Origin: Parcubacteria group bacterium
Lineage (GTDB): Bacteria; Patescibacteriota; Minisyncoccia; Phycocordibacterales; UBA2135
Length of the DNA: 64,000 nucleotides
Direction of reading: 5' to 3'
Assembly: GCA_016204045.1 (NCBI GenBank)
Contig: JACQLQ010000001.1
Coordinates: 193,579 to 257,578, forward strand
Shown: in pieces, positions 1 through 8,944 of the stretch
Position numbering within the stretch: the first letter of the stretch is position 1
How the letters are laid out: each line of letters begins with the position of its first letter
Notes under the pieces: model-generated
Told to the model about the DNA's origin: nothing
The model's input: the letters and a program-made list of their open reading frames with translations, nothing else
Databases searched by the model: none
Translations under genes and position numbers: made by a program

Positions 1-2
1 TT

Positions 3-1175
3 GTTATCGCATTGTCGCACATGCTCGAAGCAGTACCTCTGTCGAAGTGGAAAGCGTACCTTCGCTGGATGGCGCTTCTGTCTTGTGCCGGTGCGTTAAG
101 TGATGACTTTGTGAAGGAACGCTTCAACTTTTACGGCCGCGTACTCTCTGGAGTAAAGAAGATGAAGCCGCGTTGGGAGCGGGTCATACCCGACGTTAAC
201 AATTCGGTGGGAGAGATTCTTGGCAAACTGTATGTGAAGCGTCATTTCAGCGAGGCATCAAAGATGCGAGTTCGCGCCATCGTACAGCATTTGCGAAAAG
301 CGTACGAGGCGCGTATCGCATCACGCCCATGGATGGGGGAGGCGACGAAGGAGCGCGCCCGAGCGAAGCTCCGCGCCGTTGAAGAGAAAATCGGCTATCC
401 AGACACATGGAGAGACTACACTTCGCTCGAATTACCCGGCGGCTCATATTTGGAAAATCGTTTCGCAGTCAATCGTTTTGATTTCGACTACATGCTTTCA
501 AAAGTTGGGAAGCCGCAGAATCGAGAGGAGTGGTATTGTCCTCCGCAGACGGTCAATGCGTTCTTTGAGGGGCTCTTGGTTTCGATTACCTTTCCCGCCG
601 CAGTGCTGCAGCCACCCTTCTTTGATCCAGATGCAGACGAGGCAACAAACTTTGGCGCGATCGGGATGATTATCGGGCACGAGCTCACGCACGGTTTCGA
701 TGATCAAGGAGCAAAGTTCGATGCCAAGGGGTATCTCAAGGACTGGTGGACACCCGAGGATCGAGCGGCGTTCGAAGAGCGCGCGCGCGAATTCACGAAG
801 CAGATTGGCACATATCGAATTGTCGATGATATTCACGCAAACGGAGAGCTTACCCTCGGAGAGGCGGTTGCCGATTTGGGTGGGATTACGCTCGCGTACC
901 ACGCCATGCAAGAATATTTCAAGGAACATGGTAGACCAGAGAATGTGGACGGCTCGACTCCAGAACAGCGTTTCTTCTTTGGGCTTGCACGTGCGTGGCG
1001 CGATATCGTGCGCGACGAGCATCTCCGTGAGAGTGCGGTCACGGATCCACATCTGCCTCCGTATTGGCGTATCAATGGAATGCTTTCCAATATGACTGAA
1101 TTTTTCTCTGCATTTGATGGTGGGCCTGGCGACAAGATGTGGCGTCCAGTAAACGAGCGAGTAGAGATTTGGTAA
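3..1175 (+). CDS. M13-family zinc metallopeptidase (neprilysin/PepO-like), C-terminal part; the gene continues upstream of the window
   Basis: HELTHGFDDQG zincin motif and GEAVADLGG (GENIADxGG-like) M13 signature. The reading frame is open to the window edge. Confidence 0.85.
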   Translation, partial: VIALSHMLEAVPLSKWKAYLRWMALLSCAGALSDDFVKERFNFYGRVLSGVKKMKPRWERVIPDVNNSVGEILGKLYVKRHFSEASKMRVRAIVQHLRKAYEARIASRPWMGEATKERARAKLRAVEEKIGYPDTWRDYTSLELPGGSYLENRFAVNRFDFDYMLSKVGKPQNREEWYCPPQTVNAFFEGLLVSITFPAAVLQPPFFDPDADEATNFGAIGMIIGHELTHGFDDQGAKFDAKGYLKDWWTPEDRAAFEERAREFTKQIGTYRIVDDIHANGELTLGEAVADLGGITLAYHAMQEYFKEHGRPENVDGSTPEQRFFFGLARAWRDIVRDEHLRESAVTDPHLPPYWRINGMLSNMTEFFSAFDGGPGDKMWRPVNERVEIW

Positions 1176-1221
1176 TAGTTGAACGACCCAATTTGTGGGT
1201 CGTTTTATGTTATAGTCATGA

Positions 1222-1672
1222 CATGGCGCTCGTGAGTAACAAAAAGGCATACCATAATTACGAAATCGAGGAAAAGCTCGAGGCGGGTATCGAATTGCTT
1301 GGTCACGAAGTAAAGTCTCTCAAAGGAGGTCGTGGTTCCCTTGAAGGGGCGTATGTAATCACGCGCGGAAAGGAGACCTTTTTGGTCAACATGAACATTC
1401 CTCCGTATCAGGTGGGAAATGTGGATAAGGAGTATGACCCCTATCGGCTTAGAAAGCTCTTGTTAAATAAGCGTGAAATTGCGACCCTGCTAGGTGTGGA
1501 AAAAGAAAAAGGCTTGACAATTATGCCTCTTTCGGTGTATAATAAGTCTAATAAGATAAAGGTTGAAATCGGTATTGCTCGTGGGAAGAAGAAGTATGAC
1601 AAACGCGAAACACTGAAGCGCCGCACCGCAGAGCGCGATGTGGAAAGGGAAGCGAAGTCGCGCTTAAGCTAG
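1222..1672 (+). CDS. smpB: SsrA-binding protein SmpB
   Basis: The protein begins MALVSNKKAYHNYEIEE and contains GHEVKSLKGG, a typical SmpB signature. The ATG at 1222 is preferred over the earlier ORF start. Confidence 0.9.
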
Positions 1673-1731
1673 CACGTTAAAAACTTTTGAACATTGAAAC
1701 GTGGCCCACCCCGAACTCGGAAGGAGTTCTC

Positions 1732-1965
1732 ATGCACACTGCCACGGTTACGCGACGCCACAAACCGACACCTGCCCAACTCGACGCGCAAGCGACGGGT
1801 TTCCTCATGTCCAACGGCTGCACCCCTGATGGTCGCCGCTTGGGCGAGTCACCGGATCCAGCACAGCGGGTGTTCGAACGCTGCTTGGTCCCGGTCGCCA
1901 TCGTTCGGGTTCCCGTCGAACGGCAGTGGCCGCCGGCTCTGTCGGTAGCGTTGCAAGCGGCCTAG
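1732..1965 (+). CDS. hypothetical small Arg/Pro/Ala-rich protein of about 78 aa in a GC-rich insert
   Basis: GGAAGGAG Shine-Dalgarno 5 nt before the ATG at 1732. The ORF ends just before a GC hairpin. Local GC is far above the window average and there is no recognisable domain. Confidence 0.3.
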   Translation: MHTATVTRRHKPTPAQLDAQATGFLMSNGCTPDGRRLGESPDPAQRVFERCLVPVAIVRVPVERQWPPALSVALQAA

Positions 1966-1977
1966 CACCGCTTCGGG

Positions 1978-2021
1978 TCAGGCCTGCGCACAACTAACGC
2001 GCAGGCCTGATCCCCACTTTT
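1978..2021 (+). terminator. GC-rich hairpin (tcaggcctgcgc / gcgcaggcctga) followed by a T-run; putative terminator
   Basis: 12-bp perfect inverted repeat with a 9-nt loop, and TTTT 6 nt downstream. Confidence 0.45.
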
Positions 2022-2083
2022 CAGTGTTTAATCTCACGGCCGGCCATTCGCCTAAAACAAGGTATACGGTATACTATTGTTTA

Positions 2084-2482
2084 GGGGGATGATCGGCTTC
2101 GACAAGGGGCGTACTTTGAAACGCGCAGGTAGAGCCGGGGTAACTCTTTAAAAGGCCCCAAACCACAAGTGCAAACAAATTGCGCTCAATCGTTTCTCCT
2201 TACTTTAAGGCGAACGACTTTGCGTTCGTGTACGCTTAAGCGACGAACGTGAACGCTCTCACTTTTGATTTCTGGTAGATGGATGAGAGTGTTATACCAC
2301 CAGGATAGGCAAACGACTCGTTCCGATCGTTTCGCTGAAACCAAGGAGCTCGATGCAGTTCGATTTTGTATCTTTCATACGATCTGCATTTAAATCCGTC
2401 ACATGACGGACTGAAAAATACTAAACCTGTAGATCCGTTTTAAACAACTCTTTGCACGCGGGTTCGATTCCCGCCATCTCCA
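2084..2482 (+). ncRNA. ssrA: tmRNA (ssrA)
   Basis: The 5' end GGGGGAUGAUCGGCUUCGACAAGGG matches the tmRNA consensus GGGGcUGAUUcuGGaUUCGACgGG. The 3' end GCGGGUUCGAUUCCCGCCAUCUCCA is a tRNA-Ala-like T-arm and acceptor. The gene sits next to smpB. Putative tag reading frame GCG AAC GAC TTT GCG TTC GTG TAC GCT TAA at 2210-2239. Confidence 0.85.
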
Positions 2483-2604
2483 TTCGACTCGCCTCTTGAG
2501 GCTCGCTCATGGCAAGCCACCCAAGAAGTCATGCTATTCGCATGGCTTTTTGATTTACGCGAGACGCGAGTCGAATGCCCTGAGCGTTAGTCGAAGGGCT
2601 CGTG

Positions 2605-2610
2605 TATAAT
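2605..2610 (+). promoter_or_regulatory. TATAAT -10 box 6 nt upstream of the GIY-YIG start codon, implying a leaderless or near-leaderless mRNA
   Basis: Sequence gtgTATAATcgaattATG. Confidence 0.35.
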
Positions 2611-2616
2611 CGAATT

Positions 2617-2901
2617 ATGTATTTTGTCTATATGATGAAAAACTCAATAAATAAATTATATGTTGGGATCACTCAAAATCCTGACGCGAGAGCCAGACAT
2701 CATAATGAACAACGCGGAGCAAAATTTACAAAATACAAAACTGATTTTGGTATAGTTTTTCTGGAAAAATACACCACTCTCGCGGAAGCACGAAAACGAG
2801 AAATACAAATCAAAAAGTGGCGACGAGAAAAGAAAGAAAATCTGATTGAGCGATACAGCCAAGGATTGCCGACAAAAATGTCGCAGGTTTCCAAAGAGTG
2901 A
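2617..2901 (+). CDS. GIY-YIG nuclease-superfamily protein (YhbQ/UPF0213-like)
   Basis: The protein begins YFVYMMKN, followed by LYVGIT and a basic KKWRREKKENLI tail. About 94 aa, typical of this family. Confidence 0.75.
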   Translation: MYFVYMMKNSINKLYVGITQNPDARARHHNEQRGAKFTKYKTDFGIVFLEKYTTLAEARKREIQIKKWRREKKENLIERYSQGLPTKMSQVSKE

Positions 2902-3087
2902 GATAGCGAAGCGTCCCGTAATCTCCACTCAACAAAAATGAGCTCGCCACAAGCGGGCCATTTTTGTTGAGTGAAAAATGATGATAAAGAAAGCACCAGA
3001 AGTGTTTGCGAATTGCCGATCGCTATTGATTTTTTTGGAGGAGCTGGTAATCTTCCGATAGATTGATATGGGGTTTCTAGAGAAAAA

Positions 3088-3279
3088 ATGCCACAAAAAA
3101 TAAGCAGGCGTATAAACCTTTGTGATGAAAGAGGTGGTTTTCGGGTAATGGGTGAAGGCGGAATAGCCCTCAAGATCGGTGGTGGTGTGACAGAAGACGA
3201 GCGTAAAGAGATTCATGCGGCAGTGGAAGAGGCTATCAAAAAACTAGGATACGATACTGACTGGATTCCAATATTATAA
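3088..3279 (+). CDS. hypothetical small protein (63 aa)
   Basis: ORF followed by a clean intrinsic terminator. No recognisable domain. Confidence 0.35.
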   Translation: MPQKISRRINLCDERGGFRVMGEGGIALKIGGGVTEDERKEIHAAVEEAIKKLGYDTDWIPIL

Positions 3280-3298
3280 TCAACAAACAACAAACCCA

Positions 3299-3322
3299 AC
3301 TGCACATTCGTGCAGTTTTTTC
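3299..3322 (+). terminator. intrinsic terminator (actgcac-attc-gtgcagt + TTTTTT)
   Basis: 7-bp stem, 4-nt loop, T6 run. Confidence 0.7.
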
Positions 3323-3368
3323 TTTATAAAACACGAAGCACGAGCACATTTTTTGATATACTTGTAAC

Positions 3369-3890
3369 ATGTCAGTTGGTCTTAAACGTGGCACAGTCAA
3401 AGTCATTCCCTATCAGAAGAAATGGGCTAAGGAATTTGAGAAAGAAAAAGCTCGCATTTTGAAGGTATGCGGAGACAAAATCATTGCCATTGAACACATA
3501 GGAAGTACATCAGTGCCAGGATTGGCTGCAAAACCGATCATTGATATTGCGGTCGGGGTAGCAAAGCTTAAGGATGCCGAAAAGTTACTACAACCACTTA
3601 AAAAGATTGGCTACAATTTTTATAAAAAGTTTCAACGCCAGAGATTGTTTATTGCGAAAGGTCCAGATGAGAGACGTACCCACTATCTCCATGTGATGCG
3701 CTACAACGGTTCTAAATGGAAAACAGATCAGCTCTTTCGTAATTACTTGCGCACGCATTCCGCAGAAGTTAAACGATACGCCGATCTTAAAAAAAGTCTT
3801 GCCAAAGAATATGCAGACGATAGAAAGAGCTACTCTGACCACAAAAATAAGTTTATACAATCGATTATTACTAAAGCCCAAAAATATTGA
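3369..3890 (+). CDS. GrpB/UPF0157 family nucleotidyltransferase-like protein
   Basis: HIGSTSVPGLAAKPIIDI motif characteristic of GrpB. Confidence 0.8.
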   Translation: MSVGLKRGTVKVIPYQKKWAKEFEKEKARILKVCGDKIIAIEHIGSTSVPGLAAKPIIDIAVGVAKLKDAEKLLQPLKKIGYNFYKKFQRQRLFIAKGPDERRTHYLHVMRYNGSKWKTDQLFRNYLRTHSAEVKRYADLKKSLAKEYADDRKSYSDHKNKFIQSIITKAQKY

Positions 3891-3945
3891 AGTTTTTTAA
3901 GTCTCCGAATACGCTATACTGTGCTTAGTCGACGAGTACACTAGT

Positions 3946-4296
3946 ATGCCCCACGACATACCGCCGCCAGAAAAGCGTCCTGAACCAGGATACTATTACC
4001 ATTACAAACACGATCCGAACGGACCTGTAAACAATTACGCATATTATATTTACGGGGTTGGTCATCATACTGAAGATAATTGTCGCCCCGAAGACGCATT
4101 CATGCAGGTGTATAGGCCGCTCTACGAAGCATATGTATACAAGAATGGTCGCATGTTTGATCTTCGCCCCCTGCATATGTTCTATGAACTAGCCGAACGG
4201 CATGGGCAAAAAGTGGAGCGCTTCACCAAGATTACTGATCCAGAGGTGATCGCTCTGCTTCGTGAGATTAAAGAGCGGATGTATTCTGACGAATAG
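3946..4296 (+). CDS. DUF1653-like protein
   Basis: GYYYHYKHDPNGPVNNYAYYIYGVGHHTE followed by RPLHMF pattern, resembling DUF1653. Confidence 0.55.
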   Translation: MPHDIPPPEKRPEPGYYYHYKHDPNGPVNNYAYYIYGVGHHTEDNCRPEDAFMQVYRPLYEAYVYKNGRMFDLRPLHMFYELAERHGQKVERFTKITDPEVIALLREIKERMYSDE

Positions 4297-4445
4297 GATA
4301 AATGAATAAGCACGACCTCGAGAGTCCCACCGCACGGACTCTTTTTGTTGATTATTGACACACACGCACTATGCGTGTTACTCTCTTGCAGGCTATCGGG
4401 TAGTACGAGTAGTAAAACCCCACAACAAGGATTCGGAGGAAAACG

Positions 4446-4688
4446 GTGGAAGCGATCGGGACGTATTGGTGGGTTTGGCTCTTGGGATGGGCTCTCTGTC
4501 TCGCGTACCTTGTCTTCAATCAACTTCGGCGCATGAATGGAATGCTTGGTGGCATCTGGAGGGCAGACGCACGTGGTGCCGTCAGGAGTTTCCAGCAAGG
4601 TCTCTTCGGCATGGTCATTGCTGGCGGTGCGGGAACGCTCTGCATTGTCCTTTTCATCGTCGCTGTTCTCATTAACATCGTCAGCTAA
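4446..4688 (+). CDS. small two-TM membrane protein (80 aa; GTG start likely)
   Basis: Two hydrophobic helices (WWVWLLGWALCLAYLVF and LFGMVIAGGAGTLCIVLFIVAVLINIV). Sits immediately upstream of, and same-strand as, ORF 4707. Confidence 0.45.
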   Translation: MEAIGTYWWVWLLGWALCLAYLVFNQLRRMNGMLGGIWRADARGAVRSFQQGLFGMVIAGGAGTLCIVLFIVAVLINIVS

Positions 4689-4706
4689 TAGAGAGGAGCA
4701 ACAGCA

Positions 4707-5555
4707 ATGTGCATCTCGATGGCTAAGGCAGATTTCAGAGGTACGAAGATTTGCATCAATGCGACGAGAATGCCCAATGAGGGCATCGTGCACGTGCTCA
4801 TGTACCAGAACGAAGTTGCGAACTTGGGTGTCGGACCCAATGCCATGTTGCTTCACATTCCTGCCGAGGGTATCGGCCAGAGGAATTTCATTGACACGCG
4901 CAAATTCAGCAGCATCATGGACGACATGGTTACTGCAGTAACGCCACGGTCTCGTGATAGCGGCGCGAAGAGCATGGGCTTTTCGAGGGTGGGTGGAAGC
5001 CGTGTGCAAGTGTTTGATGTCGGTATCTACACCATCATCCTTGCTGAAAAGGCCTCCGACATTCCTGCAGCGCTCAACCGTGTGCCGCAAGGGAAGCGCC
5101 CGAAAGTGAACAGGGAGCTCTTTGCGTTCTACGAACAGGCCTTCCCGGGGTATGCCGTCGCCTTGTGTTGTTTCAACAATCAAAGGTCGGTTAAGGCAGA
5201 GCCCATCATGGTGTGGTACAAGCCCCTGAAGAACACGGACGGCATGTACCGATTCCCGGCAATCGACTGCCACACGGGTGGAGTGCCCGATCTTACCGCC
5301 GATGTCGAGGTTGACCACTGGCTCTTCCTTGCCGCGGACGGGATGCGCGGCGGTAGCCACGTCACCTACAGTGAGGCGGCGGCGATTAAGCCTGAGGTTC
5401 ACCAGCTTCTCCCGAAGCGCGTCTACGGCGCGTACTTCCGTGGACCGAGGCGGAACGGCGACTTCGGCGTTAGGCAGCCCGAAGATTTGAGCTCCTTTGG
5501 TTCGAACGACGCGGTACTGCGTCTTCCGCCTCCCGGGTTCAGGGTAGCGGCGTAA
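4707..5555 (+). CDS. hypothetical protein (282 aa) beginning MC-. Possible N-terminal-nucleophile (Cys2) hydrolase, which is speculative
   Basis: GAGAGGAG Shine-Dalgarno 8 nt before the ATG. Better protein-like composition than the overlapping minus-strand ORF. GC-rich cassette ending at a terminator. Confidence 0.5.
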   Translation: MCISMAKADFRGTKICINATRMPNEGIVHVLMYQNEVANLGVGPNAMLLHIPAEGIGQRNFIDTRKFSSIMDDMVTAVTPRSRDSGAKSMGFSRVGGSRVQVFDVGIYTIILAEKASDIPAALNRVPQGKRPKVNRELFAFYEQAFPGYAVALCCFNNQRSVKAEPIMVWYKPLKNTDGMYRFPAIDCHTGGVPDLTADVEVDHWLFLAADGMRGGSHVTYSEAAAIKPEVHQLLPKRVYGAYFRGPRRNGDFGVRQPEDLSSFGSNDAVLRLPPPGFRVAA

Positions 5556-5570
5556 GTTCTTTAATCGTTG

Positions 5571-5600
5571 ACCGCAGGGTTATTACCCCGCGGTTTTTTA
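5571..5600 (+). terminator. intrinsic terminator (accgcaggg...ccccgcggt + TTTTTT)
   Basis: Stem 8 of 9 bp, then a T6 run. Confidence 0.6.
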
Positions 5601-5714
5601 ATTACACCGATACGGCAATGTGCGGCGCCGACATTGACTCATCTCAAACCACGTGATACAACGTTGCAAGATATATAGTATCAACTCGGGACAAGGGCGG
5701 CCTGATGGGGAACA

Positions 5715-6050
5715 ATGATGACGCTTGGTGAGAGATGGATGGAGAAACTGCGCTCGAGAAGCGCAGAAGCGGTGCTCTGGCTTGACCGCGAACGAAAGCG
5801 TGCCGACCAAATCATTGTGAATATCCAACGAACCATCGAGATTGCGGGGGACAACAGCAAACATCTTGCTGTTGCGATGGTCTTACAATACGGAGAAGAT
5901 TATTACACAGAAGATGCGACCATGGAGAGTTTGCGCGGAGCCGCAAGATTGGTATGCAACTACTGTGTAGAAGAAGGTCTACACCCGCGCGTTGTTCGCG
6001 TGAATGGTCAGACCAATCTCGTCGTTTCGCCAAAGGAACTCGAAATCTAA
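5715..6050 (+). CDS. hypothetical protein (111 aa)
   Basis: ORF followed by a terminator. No recognisable domain. Confidence 0.45.
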   Translation: MMTLGERWMEKLRSRSAEAVLWLDRERKRADQIIVNIQRTIEIAGDNSKHLAVAMVLQYGEDYYTEDATMESLRGAARLVCNYCVEEGLHPRVVRVNGQTNLVVSPKELEI

Positions 6051-6068
6051 AATATTGTCTTGGTTTAA

Positions 6069-6092
6069 CGGCACCGCATCGGTGCTTTTTTG
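6069..6092 (+). terminator. intrinsic terminator (gcacc-gcatc-ggtgc + TTTTTT)
   Basis: Hairpin plus T-run. Confidence 0.65.
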
Positions 6093-6138
6093 TTTACAAA
6101 AAAACCACCCTTCGACAAGCCCCGGGTGGCGATTGTAT

Positions 6139-7365
6139 TTACTTCGGAAATTGAGAAAGTGCGACAAGAACTCCACTTGTAATATCTTTGTACGTATGTG
6201 CGGCCGTGACTTGGAAGCGAATCTCTTCTTCACCCCTCGGCACAACTGGGTATGTGATGCCCGTCGCGAGAATGTTCTTTTCGAAGAGATGCGCCACCAA
6301 TTTCTGTGTTTTCTCTGTGTCTCGTGTGAGTAGGGGAACGATCGGGTGTTCATCTCCAAGCGTTTCAAATCCACGCGCTTCGAGCCCGAAGCGCAGATGC
6401 TCCGCCAAAGTGCGTGCTATTCTGACGCGTTCGATTCCCTCGAGACCGTCCAAGATCTGAAGGGCGCGCAAAGCGGCGGCCGCTTCGCCTGGAGTTATAG
6501 GGTTTGAATAGATGTAGGTAGGAGCTGTTTCCTTCAAATAAGCAACAGTTCTGCCATCTGCCACAACATACCCCCCATTGACCCCAAACGATTTACCCAA
6601 GGTGCCAATGAGTACATCTGCTTTCGCTCCGACATATTCTTCGGTGCCACGGCCAGTAGGCCCAAATGCTCCAACGCCGTGTGAATCATCGACGACGACG
6701 AACACCCCCTCCTCGTACTTGTCATTATGGGCTCGTGCGATTGCCATTATTTCGTGAAGTGGCGCATGATCGCCGCGCATACTGAAGATTCCATCCGTCA
6801 CAATGCAGGCGCGTTTCGCCATGTGAGCATAGTGATCGAGTGACCACGCAAGCTCACTCATATCGAGGTGACGATAGACGGCACTCTTCACAGGGCGTGA
6901 GAGGCGAACAGCATTGATGATACTGTTGTGGTTGAGTTTATCGCTCACCACTAGTGTCTTGTCAGTGATGAGAGCATTCAAGGTTCCAAGAACAGCAGCA
7001 TATGCGGAGCTAAAGAGTATCGCGTCTTCCCTCTCATGGAATGATGCGAGTCCCCGCTCCAATTCAATATGAGGGGTGGATGTGCCGGAGATGAATCGCA
7101 CCGCTCCTGGGCCAACACCAAAGCGGTGAGTGGCCTCGACCTCGGCTGTGATGACTCGTTCGTCGCAGTCTAGCCCGAGATAGGAGTTTGAATTCATCTT
7201 TAAGAATGTTCTGTCGCCGTGCCCCAAAAGCATAACGCGTGGTCCCGTGCCGTCTTTGGCTGGCACGACAGCGGACACGACGTGTTCATTGCCTTTCAAT
7301 GTGCCAGTAGCACCAAGCTCTCGCAATTTTGCCGAGAAAACGTGAGCGAGCTTCTCTGTGGGCAT
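6139..7365 (-). CDS. kbl: 2-amino-3-ketobutyrate CoA ligase / glycine C-acetyltransferase (class II PLP aminotransferase, 8-amino-7-oxononanoate synthase family)
   Basis: PLP-lysine region TLGKSFG and alpha-oxoamine synthase fold motifs. Adjacent to tdh. Confidence 0.8.
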   Translation of the reverse strand: MPTEKLAHVFSAKLRELGATGTLKGNEHVVSAVVPAKDGTGPRVMLLGHGDRTFLKMNSNSYLGLDCDERVITAEVEATHRFGVGPGAVRFISGTSTPHIELERGLASFHEREDAILFSSAYAAVLGTLNALITDKTLVVSDKLNHNSIINAVRLSRPVKSAVYRHLDMSELAWSLDHYAHMAKRACIVTDGIFSMRGDHAPLHEIMAIARAHNDKYEEGVFVVVDDSHGVGAFGPTGRGTEEYVGAKADVLIGTLGKSFGVNGGYVVADGRTVAYLKETAPTYIYSNPITPGEAAAALRALQILDGLEGIERVRIARTLAEHLRFGLEARGFETLGDEHPIVPLLTRDTEKTQKLVAHLFEKNILATGITYPVVPRGEEEIRFQVTAAHTYKDITSGVLVALSQFPK

Positions 7366-7367
7366 TG

Positions 7368-8324
7368 TTACACCCTGCCTTTCGCAGACAATTTATTCAA
7401 CATGTCCGCAACCATTGGCTCTAGATCAAATACGTGATTCCAACCCCACTCATGACGTGCAGCGGAATCATCGAGGGACTGTGGCCATGAATCCGCAATG
7501 GCTTGCCGAGCCGGATCAATCTTGTAGGTCATCCTGAAGGTCGGAATGAAGTTCCTGATCTCTAGGGCAAGTTCCCGGGGAGTGAAGCTCATGGCGGTAA
7601 CGTTGAATCCGTTACGGTGCATGAGTCGTGTCTCGGGAGCCTCCATGAGTTCAATGGCGGCGCGTACAGCATCGGGCATGTAGATCATCGGGAGCGCAGT
7701 CTCTGGCTTCAGATAGCATTCGTAGTGCCCGCGAGTGAGGGCCGCCTTGAAGATTTCTACTGCGTAGTCTGTCGTGCCGCCGCCTGGCGTGTGGGACCAC
7801 GAAATGATCCCTGGGTAACGAATACCACGAGTGTCAACGCCATGGTGACGGTGATAATAGTCGCACAGAAGTTCCCCAGTCAACTTTGTAATCCCGTACA
7901 TTGTATTGGGGCGCTGAATCGTATCTTGTGGCGTATTCATCCGCGGCGAGAGTGGGCCGAAGGTGCCAATAGAGCTTGGAAAGAAGACTCGACATCTATG
8001 AGCACGAGCGGTTTCCAGGACATTCAACAGACCGTCCATGTTGACTCTCCATGCTCGTACCGGCTCCTTTTCCGCTACTGCCGAAAGCACTGCCGCGAGG
8101 TGAAAAATGGTGCCAACTCCGTAATCGACAACAACCTCATTGAGTTCGTCTTTGTCACTCGTGTCAAGGCGTCTCCACAATCCAACATGTTCAAGATCGT
8201 TCTTGTCGCTTGCTACCACGTTTCCATCGCCGTATCTCTGCCTAAGCGCTGTGGTCAGATCAGAACCAACCTGTCCCCCAGCCCCTGTTACCAAGATTTT
8301 TCCTGGCGTACTCATTTCGTTCAC
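7368..8324 (-). CDS. tdh: L-threonine 3-dehydrogenase (NAD-dependent epimerase/dehydratase-type TDH)
   Basis: N-terminal Rossmann motif ILVTGAGGQVGS and an SDR-extended fold. Operon partner of kbl (3-nt spacing). Confidence 0.75.
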   Translation of the reverse strand: MNEMSTPGKILVTGAGGQVGSDLTTALRQRYGDGNVVASDKNDLEHVGLWRRLDTSDKDELNEVVVDYGVGTIFHLAAVLSAVAEKEPVRAWRVNMDGLLNVLETARAHRCRVFFPSSIGTFGPLSPRMNTPQDTIQRPNTMYGITKLTGELLCDYYHRHHGVDTRGIRYPGIISWSHTPGGGTTDYAVEIFKAALTRGHYECYLKPETALPMIYMPDAVRAAIELMEAPETRLMHRNGFNVTAMSFTPRELALEIRNFIPTFRMTYKIDPARQAIADSWPQSLDDSAARHEWGWNHVFDLEPMVADMLNKLSAKGRV

Positions 8325-8487
8325 CTTGCCGCAAGGCTTGTGGTCTTGTTCTAGCGTAGCAGTGCCTGGCAGGGTGTCAATTCCGGTTTGGCAAAGAGAA
8401 TTGCCTAATTTCTTGTGTGGAAAAGATTCCTATTCCGCAGTGTGGTTTACTGCTATTATGTATATATCGCGCAAGGCGCCTTATTTC

Positions 8488-8874
8488 ATGCCCGAAGGAA
8501 TCCCAGAAGACAAGAAAATACTGATAGTTGAAGATGATTTGTTTTTGAGCGACCTACTCGCGAAGCGTTTGGGTAAAGAGGGCTTTCACTTTGCCATCAA
8601 GTTAGACGGGGAGACAGGGTTGGAAGAGGCACGGAAAACACATCCGAACCTCATCCTGCTTGACCTCCTTCTTCCTGGCATGGACGGGTATGAGGTTCTG
8701 CGGCAGATCAAGGCTGATCCAGCACTTAAGGACACTCCCGTGCTTATCGTCTCCAATCTTGGCCAAAAGGACGAGGTTGAGAAGGGTATGCAGCTTGGTG
8801 CGGCGGGCTTCCTTGTTAAGGCCCACGTCGACCTAGACGATATTGTGGCAAAGATCCAGCAATTTCTTAAATAG
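8488..8874 (+). CDS. single-domain response regulator (CheY-like receiver)
   Basis: ILIVEDD, followed by LILLDLLLPGMDGYEVLRQIK, followed by PVLIVSN, followed by KAHV. The ORF-track N-terminal extension overlaps tdh and is rejected. Confidence 0.85.
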   Translation: MPEGIPEDKKILIVEDDLFLSDLLAKRLGKEGFHFAIKLDGETGLEEARKTHPNLILLDLLLPGMDGYEVLRQIKADPALKDTPVLIVSNLGQKDEVEKGMQLGAAGFLVKAHVDLDDIVAKIQQFLK

Positions 8875-8944
8875 TAAAGTTATTAATAATAATGAGGTTT
8901 TTCTCCGGCGTTTAACCAGGAGACGACCTTAAGCAGATTAGACT

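Noticed and set aside
498-1250. 250-aa minus-strand ORF
   Set aside because: Antisense to the M13 peptidase gene, whose motifs (HExxH, GExxADxGG) are unambiguous.
4182-5402. 406-aa minus-strand ORF, the longest ORF in this region
   Set aside because: The translation is R/H/S/C-rich low complexity. It is antisense to two plus-strand ORFs that have a Shine-Dalgarno, sensible hydrophobic helices and a terminator. Long antisense ORFs are expected in GC-rich DNA.
8140-8487. N-terminal 116 codons of the 8140-8874 ORF
   Set aside because: Overlaps tdh on the opposite strand and is Ser/Pro/Leu-rich. The conserved receiver domain starts at the ATG at 8488.
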